Shown: positions 46,121 to 56,351 of the stretch, one piece after another | How the letters are laid out: each line of letters opens with the position of its first letter | How positions within the stretch are numbered: position 1 is the stretch's first letter | Notes under the pieces: model-generated | Seen by the model: the letters and a program-made list of their open reading frames with translations, nothing else | The model's database searches: none | Told to the model about the DNA's origin: nothing | IMG/VR virus record: IMGVR_UViG_3300010429_000387 | Location: 64,001-128,000 of that record | Strand: one strand, 5' to 3' | Length of the DNA: 64,000 nucleotides | Origin: a virus | Lineage: Duplodnaviria; Caudoviricetes | Position numbers and translations under genes: made by a program

Positions 46121-47975
46121 GTGGGTCGTACTAGAGCTAACATCTCAAGGGGAGGATGAAGATCCTGAAGTCCTGAAGAAAGCCTTTGCTCGTATCGTCA
46201 AAGGAGGGGACGTTTTCATCCCCGCTTCAATCTCGATTGTAGGGGACTCCAGGGTAGTACACAAGCTGATTGACAACTACGTCTTCGTGAAGCGTACTTT
46301 CCCGGACTCCTTCTTCTTGAAATTGGAGGGGTCCAAGTACGTTGCGTGCGTTCTGACTGTAGCTCACAGCTCTAGTGGGACCCGTAAGATAGCCTGTGTA
46401 TCTGAGTCAGACATCGAGAAGATGCGTCGCCAGATCCAGGTCGAGACTGAGCAGGGTATCGAGGTTGGTGACGAGGTAGAGGTCATGAGCGGCCCCTACA
46501 AGGGGATCACAGGTAAGGTCATTGAGGAGATCCCTGAGAACGATAGCGTTCAAGTTTACATCAGTCTCCGCTCAAAGCAGGCCCTAGTCACACTACCTCG
46601 TAGCTTCATGAGGTTTGTGGCGAAAGACAAGGGTGACCAACCTTCATTCTCCCCGTTCCTCAACAAGATCACAAGGATTCGGGAGTGGGTCACACGGGTT
46701 CGTCCGTTCTTCCTTTGGTCCCCGAGTCCGATTCGGCTGGTGCAGTCGAAGTATACAGGGGTGCTTCAACTGGAAGAGTGGATGCACAGAGGGAACTCTT
46801 TGGTCAAGCTGTTGGTTGACCCCCCAGCACCAACATCCTTGGTGGGGGTTGGTGGTGTGTCAATCGCAGATAGATTTGAGCATACCCAGAGGATGAGCCG
46901 CTTCATAGAGCGTGCTCCGGCCTTGTTCCACCTCTCACGGATGCCCGTCCATGACATCACACCCCTGGAGTCGAAGTACATCGAGGTCCAGTGGTTTCAG
47001 GACGTTCTACACAGGACTGCCGCTCTTCAGGAGTCGATTGAAGGGATCGAAAGGTCCATCCCAGATTGGAAGCCCCCGATGGTTCAGAACCTCATCTTCG
47101 ACGGTCACAACCTGGCGTACAGGGTTGTGAATGCTCTCCGAGCAATCCCAAACCAACTTACGGACAAGGACGGGAACCCAACCTCCTTGATCTTTGGCTT
47201 CCTGAAGAGCCTGGCTTCGTTCAAGAAGCGTTTTGACAGAGCTAACATCTATGTTGTCTGGGACGGCTCAAAACAACGCAGGGCCTCTCTGTTCCCAGAG
47301 TACAAGGCACAACGCCCTGAATCTGGGAACGGTGGTGAGGTCAGTGACCAGATGTCCAAGCTCCGGAAGCTACTCCCGCTGTTGGGCGTTACCCAGGCGT
47401 ACAACCCGGATGAAGAGACAGATGACCTTATTGCTTGCTTGGTCAAGGGTCGCCTCAAGGGACAGCACAACGTCATTGTTTCCACTGACCGGGACTTCCT
47501 ACAGTTGGTGACATACACCGACCTATTGTTGGTTCCGAAGGTGGGCTCAAGGCAGGAAATCCTTTACGACCCTGACCGAGTTGTGGAAGAGTACGGGGTC
47601 GCCCCAAGCAAGATGGTCCACCTCCGAGCACTTGTAGGAGACACATCGGACAACTTCCCTGGGGTTCCTAGGGTACCAAGAAAGGTTCTAGCAGCCTTGT
47701 TGAACACGCATGGATCTCTCACGGGGCTATTTGCCTCTAGTCTGGCTGGTATCACCTCAGCACAGTACGAGAAGATTCGTGCGTTCGAGCAACAGGCACG
47801 TCTGAACTTCCAGTTAATGACACTCCGAGACGACGTTGAGTGTCCCATCACGGAGGCAGCTCCAGATCAGGAGGCGGCCTCTTCGGCTATGTTGGCTTCG
47901 GAGATCCAACCAGAGTCCATCGTAGGGGTTTTCTTTGCGAACAGCCCCAGTCAGGGTTTCGCTAAGTCAAATTGA
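46110..47975 (+). CDS. NusG-like (NGN+KOW) domain fused to 5'-3' flap exonuclease
   Basis: N-term WVV..., NYVFV, GDEVEVMSGPYKG; C-term DGHNLAYR, YKAQR, ETDD, TDRDFLQ, GDTSDNFPGV. Confidence 0.85.
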   Translation: MPTEWVVLELTSQGEDEDPEVLKKAFARIVKGGDVFIPASISIVGDSRVVHKLIDNYVFVKRTFPDSFFLKLEGSKYVACVLTVAHSSSGTRKIACVSESDIEKMRRQIQVETEQGIEVGDEVEVMSGPYKGITGKVIEEIPENDSVQVYISLRSKQALVTLPRSFMRFVAKDKGDQPSFSPFLNKITRIREWVTRVRPFFLWSPSPIRLVQSKYTGVLQLEEWMHRGNSLVKLLVDPPAPTSLVGVGGVSIADRFEHTQRMSRFIERAPALFHLSRMPVHDITPLESKYIEVQWFQDVLHRTAALQESIEGIERSIPDWKPPMVQNLIFDGHNLAYRVVNALRAIPNQLTDKDGNPTSLIFGFLKSLASFKKRFDRANIYVVWDGSKQRRASLFPEYKAQRPESGNGGEVSDQMSKLRKLLPLLGVTQAYNPDEETDDLIACLVKGRLKGQHNVIVSTDRDFLQLVTYTDLLLVPKVGSRQEILYDPDRVVEEYGVAPSKMVHLRALVGDTSDNFPGVPRVPRKVLAALLNTHGSLTGLFASSLAGITSAQYEKIRAFEQQARLNFQLMTLRDDVECPITEAAPDQEAASSAMLASEIQPESIVGVFFANSPSQGFAKSN

Positions 47976-47988
47976 GGGAGGAGTCGTT

Positions 47989-48621
47989 ATGAGCGGAGGC
48001 TATGTCATTTCGGTTGACCCAGCAGAGCTGGCAACCAGGTTTGCTACACAGGAACCGCTCTTCGATGAGATTGACGAGGATCCTGAGGGTCCCAATGTCG
48101 AGCCTCTTCTATCCACCCTCAACTTCGAGAACCAGATCAAGCCACTCCTCGACCGTATCCCCGAGAGAGAGGCTGACCTGATTCAGCTCTACTACATCCA
48201 GAAAAAGCGCCAGGCCGACATTGCCGAGATTTTCGGTGTGACCCAGGCAGCCATAAGCTACCGTCTGGACCGTGGCCTTCAACGCATCCGCTTCTTGCTT
48301 TCCATCCCCCAGGTGACCGAGGAGGACATGCGCCGGGACCTGCCAGGTGTACCCTTCAAGGTGATCGACGTGGATATCCTGGTAGGTATGTGGCAAACGA
48401 CCTGCCAGAGTGAGGTGGCCTCTCGGCTGGGCCTCACCCAAGGTCGGGTCCGTCACCGCTTCTTTGGGGCTGTCAAGCAGCTCGAAAGGAAGGCCAAGGA
48501 GGATGAGCGGTTCGACCCATATCATCGGGTCTTCTCTGCTATCGCCAGCAAGCGGTTCAACATTCTCCGAGAGGTCAAGCTCCCCCAGTGGAGCAACCGT
48601 GGTGGGGATGGGTGCTTCTGA
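47989..48621 (+). CDS. sigma-factor-like protein with two region-4 HTHs
   Basis: IPEREADLIQLYY..QADIAEIFGVTQAAISYR and QSEVASRLGLTQGRVRHR. Confidence 0.75.
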   Translation: MSGGYVISVDPAELATRFATQEPLFDEIDEDPEGPNVEPLLSTLNFENQIKPLLDRIPEREADLIQLYYIQKKRQADIAEIFGVTQAAISYRLDRGLQRIRFLLSIPQVTEEDMRRDLPGVPFKVIDVDILVGMWQTTCQSEVASRLGLTQGRVRHRFFGAVKQLERKAKEDERFDPYHRVFSAIASKRFNILREVKLPQWSNRGGDGCF

Positions 48622-48688
48622 GGGGTCTGTCCGCACCTCCTGAGTAGTGCGAGCATTTACTTGTATGCCCGGTGGTTAGAGGACCACC

Positions 48689-49594
48689 GTGCCGCTCGTA
48701 CAGAACCTCAAATACCACGACTACCAGTTCGAGTACGCTGTCCCAGCGGGGAAGTGGCGTTGGACTACTCGTCTCGACGTGTCTCAGTCGAGCCCAACCT
48801 ACTCGGTGCGGGATATCGTCTCACCCTACGGACTGCTTCGGGACTCGATTCCTATCCCTGGGGTAGTGATCCAGGCGATGGGGGAGAGCATCGTGGAGTT
48901 GCGATCCAACTTCACCCCAAGCATTCTTGTTGGGCCTCCGACTCAACTCGTTTTCGATGTGGACGAGGGGCGTGGCTATTCAGTCCCCCAGACCGTCCTT
49001 GTCACGAACGATGGGGTCTATGGGTCCATTCTCGGGGCTAGCCTGACCACTTCGGCACCCTTCGTTCGGGTAACCCCCACGACGGTATCGAACCTTGCCA
49101 TCAATGAGAGTGGCGAGTTCACCGTGGAGGTCAACTCGAAGGACCTTCTCGCTGTTGATGGCCCCTACCATGAGACCATCGTCATCCAAGACCCGGCCTC
49201 GGCCAACAGCCCACAGTCGGTGCCAGTTCTGATCAATGTTCGTCCCAAGGCGAGCATTGCCTCGGTGCCTACCGTGTTGGTTTTCAGTGTAGTTCGCCCC
49301 ATTGATGGGGCGTTCTCAACTGTACCTCCCCAGAGCTTCACGATCCAGAACCTTGGTTCCGCTGGATCGGTTCTGGAGTACGATATCCGGGCTCTGACTG
49401 GGCTTTGCTCGAACTGGCTTCGTAGCTGGCTCCCAGCTTCAGGGGTCCTGACCTCAGGGCAGTCTCAAGCCATTCAAGTCACAGTCCAACCCCCGGACAA
49501 CATGCTCCAGGGGTCCTACTCAGAAAAGCTCCGTGTATCCGGGTTCAGCTCGAACGGGTACCTGGACGTTGAAATTCGTCTTGTTATTTCGTGA
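48689..49594 (+). CDS. putative virion protein with tandem Ig-like (BACON-like) domains
   Basis: Beta-rich repeats, V.P..L.F, TI.N.G, G.Y.E.I. Confidence 0.6.
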   Translation: MPLVQNLKYHDYQFEYAVPAGKWRWTTRLDVSQSSPTYSVRDIVSPYGLLRDSIPIPGVVIQAMGESIVELRSNFTPSILVGPPTQLVFDVDEGRGYSVPQTVLVTNDGVYGSILGASLTTSAPFVRVTPTTVSNLAINESGEFTVEVNSKDLLAVDGPYHETIVIQDPASANSPQSVPVLINVRPKASIASVPTVLVFSVVRPIDGAFSTVPPQSFTIQNLGSAGSVLEYDIRALTGLCSNWLRSWLPASGVLTSGQSQAIQVTVQPPDNMLQGSYSEKLRVSGFSSNGYLDVEIRLVIS

Positions 49595-49601
49595 GGGCAG
49601 A

Positions 49602-49874
49602 ATGTCAGACCGCAACTTCGATCTGGGTGGTTTTGAGGTCCAGGGGTCCGCTGGGCTGGATGCCTTCTTTGCGAGGGAGCCTGCCATAGTGACCCCCTCC
49701 AAGGGGATGCGTAGAGTGGCATCCCTTCAGGACCTCAACGGATTCGTCCGTCTCTCCAACGACACCCTCATCCACAAGGCCGACAGGGACCTTTGGGCTA
49801 TCCGTCGCCAGGGTGATGGCTCGATGTTCGTTGAACGTATGTTCGATGACAGCGGATCACCCCTCAAGGTTTGA
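49602..49874 (+). CDS. hypothetical protein
   Basis: GAGGG RBS, operonic. Confidence 0.7.
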   Translation: MSDRNFDLGGFEVQGSAGLDAFFAREPAIVTPSKGMRRVASLQDLNGFVRLSNDTLIHKADRDLWAIRRQGDGSMFVERMFDDSGSPLKV

Positions 49875-49884
49875 AGGAGGCCCC

Positions 49885-51288
49885 GTGAAAGCGAGCCAAA
49901 AGGTCCGAACGGTCATTGCCAGAGAGGAAGGGCTGCCCCTACCGCCCCCACCTCCTGGGTCCGGTGAGGGTGGGTCCCTCAAGCGAGAGATCCCTAAGGG
50001 TCATGAGTTTGACCCCAAGGCGCTCAAGCCTCTTGCTCGGGCTCTGTTCTCTTCATCGGTTGCCCTTGGTCACGCCGTTACGGCCTACAAGGAGTTCGCT
50101 CGAATCAAGTCCAGTTCCATCTCTCCGGATGGGATGCTTGGGGGGAAGGGTTACGTCCTGAAGGTCAAGGATGTTCGGGCCAAGCTCCAGCAGGCATGTG
50201 AGCTTCTCTCGGCCCTCACTGACACTCTTCATGATGAGCTACACGGACCTCACTGGAACGCCAAGCTCTCTGATGTTGGGCAGAATGATGCTGAGGACAT
50301 CACTGAGCTTCTTGATGAGTCCGATGAGGTCCTTGAGGACCCTGAGCGCTTTGGTGACAAAGAGGTCCAGGACATCGAGAAGAAAAACGACGGGAAGGGT
50401 GGGACCCCCAACACCAAGAAGACCGAGGACCAGATCAAGGAGTCCGAGGCCCGTCAGAATGAGACCGAAGCCTCCCGGCTCCCCGATGCTGGTGGGAAAG
50501 AGACCATGGAGGCTGCTCCGGCTGGGAGTCGTGAGCGGTCCAAGCAAGCATCCGACTGGAAGGCCCCTTCTGGGTGGGGTCGCTTCGCCAACTCTTCCGT
50601 CCCAGTGGATACTCTCCCTGGACCTCGTGTGAACCACCTTGAGCGTGGGGAGCAGACCGGCCCAGGGGGCTCCTACAACCGGGATGAGCCTCGGGTCGAG
50701 GATGAGTGGGGCATGGCCGAAGGGGCTCCTCCGAAGACCCTCAACAAGGTCTGGGGAAGCATCGAGGAGTGGGGTGCCTCTGGGCTCCCTGCTGATACCG
50801 AGACCCGTACTGAAGCCAAGGACTTCGGGGTTGGCTATGGAGCCAAGGGTGAGGGAACCGAGGGCTACGGGACCAAGAACCCTGATGGGCGAGGGGTCTG
50901 GGGTCCACAGAGTGACCTTCCCAACGACCCCCAGACTACCACCAAGGACCCAGGGGGCATCCCCTTTGGCGGGGGACCTCAACGGGACTTCTGGGGTGCG
51001 GTAGCTGAGTCGGAACTTCCCTTCGACGGCCCTGACCCTGTTGCACGGTCGGACTACTACGAGGGTGACAAGGGGAACCTCGTCAATGTGAACCCACATG
51101 GCAATCGCCCTGTGGCCCAGTCAGAGATGCCTGGGAATGATGGCGTCAACTACAACTTCGACCGGGACCTTCCCAACACTGGTCAAGTCTACGAACAGCA
51201 GGCAGTTCCCTACGTGAAGCGTGATTGGACAACGCACAACGACCGGAACGACATGCAAGACCTCTACAGGATGGACAAAAATGGCTGA
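49885..51288 (+). CDS. hypothetical protein with disordered S-x-LP-x-D repeat tail
   Basis: AGGAGG RBS + GTG. Confidence 0.75.
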   Translation: MKASQKVRTVIAREEGLPLPPPPPGSGEGGSLKREIPKGHEFDPKALKPLARALFSSSVALGHAVTAYKEFARIKSSSISPDGMLGGKGYVLKVKDVRAKLQQACELLSALTDTLHDELHGPHWNAKLSDVGQNDAEDITELLDESDEVLEDPERFGDKEVQDIEKKNDGKGGTPNTKKTEDQIKESEARQNETEASRLPDAGGKETMEAAPAGSRERSKQASDWKAPSGWGRFANSSVPVDTLPGPRVNHLERGEQTGPGGSYNRDEPRVEDEWGMAEGAPPKTLNKVWGSIEEWGASGLPADTETRTEAKDFGVGYGAKGEGTEGYGTKNPDGRGVWGPQSDLPNDPQTTTKDPGGIPFGGGPQRDFWGAVAESELPFDGPDPVARSDYYEGDKGNLVNVNPHGNRPVAQSEMPGNDGVNYNFDRDLPNTGQVYEQQAVPYVKRDWTTHNDRNDMQDLYRMDKNG

Positions 51289-53296
51289 CCTTGGCGATCT
51301 TACCAATTTCATGAAAGAGGGCTCGGTCGCCAACCTCGACTGGCTCGATGTTGATGGGAAGCAGTATCGGGAACTGGATCAGCTCCCGAAGCAGAACCTC
51401 GACATCGCTCCGGACTTGGAACACGTCTGGAGCCATTCGGACAGTCCTCAGACCATCGTCCCCAACAAGGAAGCTGGCCCGAAGACGATGCTGGATGTGG
51501 GTCTTGGCAAGACGGCTTCTGAGGAGGCCATCCGCCGGGTGATCAAGGTCGCCAGGCTGGCTTTGATGCAGTCCACCGACCCAGCCAACTTCAGGCACGC
51601 CCTGACCTCCAGGTTCGATTCCCAGGTCTTGAGCGAAGCCCGTCCAGTCCTTGCTCAGATCCTCCAAGAAAGAGGTCTCCTGGGTCGTTACTACGTGGAG
51701 GCCATTGACTTCCCCAACTGCCACAAGGCGGGGAAGGAGATCGCTACCTTCACCAAGAAGTACGCATCAAGTGCCCAGTTCTTGGTGGCGAAGGACTCCT
51801 GTGCAGGGTGCATCCACAGCTCTGGGAACACTTGTGCGGTCTTCCAGAAGGAGTTGGTCCTGGAGGTCCCCTACACCCCAGCTCTGGCTGAGGCAGTAGA
51901 GCGGAGCCAGTCCGCCCAAGGGAAGCTCATTCAGGCTTCTAGTCTGACCCCCCGTGAGCGCATCAAGGCAGCCCACCTGGCATCCGACGTGAGGGTATCC
52001 GACCGGGTAGAGACCCCGAAGCCGGTGGTCAACCCTGCTCAGTTCATGCGGGCCACGGTCGAGACCCCCAAGGTCCACCTCCCCGTCATGGCCTCCCAGG
52101 CTCAGGCCCTACACGACGCCCAGATGGCCTGGAACCCTGAGGTGGCTTCGGGTAAGACCGCTGCAACCTCTCGGAATGCCGCCGATAAGAAGGCTTTCGA
52201 CATTGTGACCTTCCTCCGACGGGAGATGCTGAAGGGGCATGGGGAGCAGGCGCTTCTCCACTCCCTCAAGCTCTCCTTCTCTCTGGATGACCTTCGAGCG
52301 ACCCGTCATGCCTGGGAGCCAGTCTTCAAGGAGGCCGGGTACTTCGGGACGATCTACTCCACCCAGGAGTCCTTCAACGATTGCCATGAGGGAGCCGACT
52401 TCCTTGCGAAGTTCAACCCCTCGGTGAAGGGGATCGTGGCGGGAGGGAAGTGCTCAAGCTGCATCTACAGCAAGATGTCCCGGTGCATGATGTACGGGAA
52501 GCCCTTGGTTGCCAAGGCTGAGGACCTGTACACCCCCGAGATGGTCAGCACGGTTGTTCGTGAGCACCGTCTGGCAGGGCGTCTGGGGACTGGGGCTGAG
52601 ACCTCCAAGTGGGGAAGCACACCCGTGGAAGCCCTCAAGGTTGTCTATCGGACGGCCTCGAAGGCGGTTCAGGCTCCCCCAGTTCCAATGAGGGCCTACG
52701 TGGAGCAAGCCTTCCGTGGGGCCGACCACGGACACATCACGGCTGGCCTTACCAAGAGAGAGATAGTCAAGACTGCCACTCGGTACCTGAACGAGGGTCT
52801 CTACGGAGAACAGCTCTTCCAGGCGCTTCAGACTCGTTTCGATGTTCGGGACATCCAAGCCTCGACCGAGGAGCTGAAGGTTGCCCTGGCGGAGCAGGGG
52901 CTTCAGGGCATCTTCTTCATCGACCCGGCAGTCTATGATGACTACGCCAGGGGTTGTGATGAGGGTTCTCGGCTTCATCGAGCCCGCATGGTCCCTTACC
53001 TCAAGATGGGTCCGAAGTGCGCCTCCTGTGTCCTTCAGCCCCATCCAGGGTTCTGCTCCAAGTACGCCAAGACCCTGGTCTTGGAGCCCCCCTACACGGA
53101 TAAGGCTGCCCAGCAGCAAGAGATCCTGGCCTCTGGGAAAGCTACCGAGATCAACTTGGCGACCTTGATGGTCAACGACAAGTCCATCGTCGCTGAGTTC
53201 GCCCTGAAGTCTGCCACAGACATCGAACTCAACCCCGAACCCGCCAAGGCTGCCACCATCACGGTGGAGTTGGGTGGAGCGAAGATCGACCTATGA
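51281..53296 (+). CDS. hypothetical protein with three Cys-containing repeats
   Basis: ERGLLGRYYV / EAGYFGTIY / EQGLQGIFFI, each followed by C..CxxC..C. Confidence 0.8.
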   Translation: MADLGDLTNFMKEGSVANLDWLDVDGKQYRELDQLPKQNLDIAPDLEHVWSHSDSPQTIVPNKEAGPKTMLDVGLGKTASEEAIRRVIKVARLALMQSTDPANFRHALTSRFDSQVLSEARPVLAQILQERGLLGRYYVEAIDFPNCHKAGKEIATFTKKYASSAQFLVAKDSCAGCIHSSGNTCAVFQKELVLEVPYTPALAEAVERSQSAQGKLIQASSLTPRERIKAAHLASDVRVSDRVETPKPVVNPAQFMRATVETPKVHLPVMASQAQALHDAQMAWNPEVASGKTAATSRNAADKKAFDIVTFLRREMLKGHGEQALLHSLKLSFSLDDLRATRHAWEPVFKEAGYFGTIYSTQESFNDCHEGADFLAKFNPSVKGIVAGGKCSSCIYSKMSRCMMYGKPLVAKAEDLYTPEMVSTVVREHRLAGRLGTGAETSKWGSTPVEALKVVYRTASKAVQAPPVPMRAYVEQAFRGADHGHITAGLTKREIVKTATRYLNEGLYGEQLFQALQTRFDVRDIQASTEELKVALAEQGLQGIFFIDPAVYDDYARGCDEGSRLHRARMVPYLKMGPKCASCVLQPHPGFCSKYAKTLVLEPPYTDKAAQQQEILASGKATEINLATLMVNDKSIVAEFALKSATDIELNPEPAKAATITVELGGAKIDL

Positions 53297-53682
53297 GTGA
53301 CGAAGTCCTCATCCTCAAGGTAGCTGCCAGGTACCTTCACGCTGACCAGTCCCCTGGTATGCGCAAGGAGGTCAGGGATCTCGTCAAGCCAATCAACAAG
53401 CCAAAGGGCATCGACAAGGGGATCGTCAAGGAACACGGGCAGCTCATGGAAGACGGGAACGATGACACGGTGGACCCCAACCGCCGGGACATCCGACCCC
53501 AAGACGTGTTCATCCCGAAGCCAGACCAGGTCAGCGTCAGGAACCTAGCCGAGACAGGGAAGGACCTCTCGAAGGCTATCGAGAAGCAGATCCCCAAGGA
53601 CAAGGGCTACGACTCCGTTCGCAACCTCAGCCAGTATCTCATCGAAACTGGCGGTGGTGGTGGTGCTAAGCCCGTCAAGTGA
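53293..53682 (+). CDS. hypothetical protein (N-terminal VAARY motif)
   Basis: ATGA-coupled ORF. Confidence 0.7.
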   Translation: MSDEVLILKVAARYLHADQSPGMRKEVRDLVKPINKPKGIDKGIVKEHGQLMEDGNDDTVDPNRRDIRPQDVFIPKPDQVSVRNLAETGKDLSKAIEKQIPKDKGYDSVRNLSQYLIETGGGGGAKPVK

Positions 53683-53689
53683 GGTTGTC

Positions 53690-54364
53690 ATGAGTGACGG
53701 AACACTACCCAATCAAGAATGTGCTGACCTCGAAGACGAGGAGTCAGAGGACTCTGACGAGGGTCAGGAGGTATTCGATGCCTCTCAGAGCGATGAGGAA
53801 AGGGCTGAAGGGATCCTATCGATCCTTCCTGTTCATGACGCCCCGAACACTGGCAAGAATGCCCTGAAGGTCAAGCGTGGTCCAGGTCGCCCCCGGAAGG
53901 TCGAGCGGATGCCGACCACCAGCGACCTCCAGTACCATGCCATCAACTCCAAGAAGAAGCAGGGGTTCATTGCCACCGACCCCCTGGTTCAGGCTATCGA
54001 GCAGAGGGTCGATGCCCCGGCCAACCTTCAGCGTATCAAGTTGGAGATTGCCAAGGAGATCGCATCCCTGCACTTCCAGAGGGTCGAAACAGAGAAGTAT
54101 GGGCGGGACACCTCCCAGATTTCCTCTCGACGGATTGATGCCCTGGAACGACTTGCCAAGATCGAGCTGAAGATCCGTGAGATCGACAAGGACTCGATCA
54201 ACCTTGGCAGCGAGAAGATGCAGAAGATTTTCGTCCTCTGGGTCGAGGTCATGCGAGAGGTTGCTGCTGAGGTTCTGCCTCCCGAGGCAATGGATCTCTT
54301 CTTCAACCGCTTCGCTACTGCGATGGAGGGGTGGGAAGAGAAGGCAGCCAACGTGCTGAGGTAA
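53690..54364 (+). CDS. candidate terminase small subunit (AT-hook)
   Basis: KRGPGRPRK, helical, directly upstream of TerL. Confidence 0.5.
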   Translation: MSDGTLPNQECADLEDEESEDSDEGQEVFDASQSDEERAEGILSILPVHDAPNTGKNALKVKRGPGRPRKVERMPTTSDLQYHAINSKKKQGFIATDPLVQAIEQRVDAPANLQRIKLEIAKEIASLHFQRVETEKYGRDTSQISSRRIDALERLAKIELKIREIDKDSINLGSEKMQKIFVLWVEVMREVAAEVLPPEAMDLFFNRFATAMEGWEEKAANVLR

Positions 54365-54365
54365 C

Positions 54366-56351
54366 ATGGCTGCCAAGGACAAGAACTCCCCAGGAATTTC
54401 TCATATCATCCGAAGCGCTGGTCACAAGGCAAAGACCATCGCTGAAGAGATGGCCGGGCAGGGGGACATTCCCGCTGTAGGTGTGGACGGGAATCATACG
54501 AGGATCTTCAACGTCCTCCAGTATGCCGAATCCCCGTGGGGCTTGGATATGAAGCTGTACCCAGTACAGCGCTTCATCGTCAAGCTCTACTACCACCTTC
54601 CGCTGGACGACAAGAACAAGACCATCACGATCACTGACATGTTCAAGACCCGAGTGCTCCACACCTTTACCGAGGTGGAGTACCTGAGGTACTTGTACAA
54701 CGAGGGTCGATGCAACATCGGGGAGCAGGACCACATCCGCCGTCAGCTCATCCTCCCCATCGGCCGTAGGTCGGGGAAGACCACCCTCTCCGCCATCTTT
54801 GCCAGCTACGAGCTGTACCGACTCCTGTCTCTCGGGAATCCCCAGGCGTACTACGGTCTCCCGAACGGGAACAGGATCCAGATCATCTCGGTGGCAACGG
54901 ACAAGGACCAGGCAGGTCTCTTGTTCAACGACGTGACCTCTCACATGGCGAAGTGTGAGTTCTTCAAGCCGTACATCGCCAACAACACCCTCAGCTACGT
55001 ACAGTTCCGAACCCCCTACGACATTGAGAAGTACGGCCCGACGGTTCGCCATGAGAACGGCAAGTTCACTTCGTTCAATGGCAAGTCCAGTATCCGGGTG
55101 ACCTTCAAGGCGTCAGTCTCGAAGGGTCTTCGAGGGTCTGGTAACATCGTCATCATCCTGGACGAGATGGCCCACTTCCAGGACAAGGGGAACTCCTCGG
55201 CCAAGGACATCTATGATGCTGTCACCCCATCTGCCCTAGCCTTCTCCCCGAAGGACCCGAGGAACAGTGCCGTCTGTATCGGGCCGGTGGAGAGCCGAAT
55301 CATCTCGATTTCGTCCCCTCTCAACAGGGCGGGTAAGTTCTACGAGTTGTTCCACTTCGCTATGTCGAAGGCGGAGGGGTCTGAGAACATGCTAGCCATC
55401 CAGGCTCCGACCTGGGAGGTGAACCCGACAGTCGAGCCAACCTTCCTGAAGGAGAAGTACCATGAGGACCCCTCGGTCTTCATGACCGAGTATGGGGCGA
55501 ACTTCTCCGACCGTGTTCGTGGTTGGATTGAGCGTGAGGCCGACCTGATTGAGTGCATCCGTCCTGAGCTTCGTCCCAGGACGGCTGGACCTGCCAGATA
55601 CCCACACCAGATGGGGATCGACGTTGGGCTCATTGGAGACGGTACCACCCTAGCCATCACGCACCTCGACAAGGACAAGGTAGTCCTCGACTACCATGAG
55701 GCTTGGTACGCCGGGATCCCTTGGAAGGAGACCAACCCTCACCTTCCGGGGCCTATGGTGGACTACGCTAGGAGTCTTGAGGCTCAAGAGCGCTTGGACT
55801 TTGAGGAGATCGCCAACTGGATTGCAGCAGTTTGCAAGAGATTCTACATCACGGATGGTCTCTTCGACCGGTGGAATGGGCTCCCCCTGGAGCAGGCTCT
55901 CCACAAGAGGGGTCTGAAGCAGTTCAAGAGTGATTTCTTCACCCGAGATGACAAGAGCCGGATGTTCCAGGCGGCCAAGCTCCTGATGTTCGACCGTCGC
56001 CTGGTCCTTTACGACTTCCCGCTCCCTCAGGCTGCCGATGGTGGTGGTAAGCACTCGGCTTTCATCAACGAGTTGCTGACCCTTCAGGCTACTCAGCTCG
56101 CAAAGAACCAGGTCATCGTTGAGGCACCCAAGATTTCAGGGGCTCATGATGACATCTCTGATGCCTACGTCCGAGCGGTCTGGCTTTCGTTGGAACGCCT
56201 ATCAAACACGAAGCTAGTATCCAGGGGCACTAACGCTCCTCGGGAGGCTTCTCGTTTGGCAACCGTCCAGCACTACCAGGTGGCTCGGATGCGGTCACAC
56301 GGGGTCTTTAGGGATCGTATTGCACCCAGAGCTATGGGGAGAAGGGTGTGA
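54366..56351 (+). CDS. terL: terminase large subunit
   Basis: LYPVQ, GRRSGKT, IILDEMAHF, ISSP, GIDVG, FDRWN, HDDISDA. Confidence 0.93.
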   Translation: MAAKDKNSPGISHIIRSAGHKAKTIAEEMAGQGDIPAVGVDGNHTRIFNVLQYAESPWGLDMKLYPVQRFIVKLYYHLPLDDKNKTITITDMFKTRVLHTFTEVEYLRYLYNEGRCNIGEQDHIRRQLILPIGRRSGKTTLSAIFASYELYRLLSLGNPQAYYGLPNGNRIQIISVATDKDQAGLLFNDVTSHMAKCEFFKPYIANNTLSYVQFRTPYDIEKYGPTVRHENGKFTSFNGKSSIRVTFKASVSKGLRGSGNIVIILDEMAHFQDKGNSSAKDIYDAVTPSALAFSPKDPRNSAVCIGPVESRIISISSPLNRAGKFYELFHFAMSKAEGSENMLAIQAPTWEVNPTVEPTFLKEKYHEDPSVFMTEYGANFSDRVRGWIEREADLIECIRPELRPRTAGPARYPHQMGIDVGLIGDGTTLAITHLDKDKVVLDYHEAWYAGIPWKETNPHLPGPMVDYARSLEAQERLDFEEIANWIAAVCKRFYITDGLFDRWNGLPLEQALHKRGLKQFKSDFFTRDDKSRMFQAAKLLMFDRRLVLYDFPLPQAADGGGKHSAFINELLTLQATQLAKNQVIVEAPKISGAHDDISDAYVRAVWLSLERLSNTKLVSRGTNAPREASRLATVQHYQVARMRSHGVFRDRIAPRAMGRRV

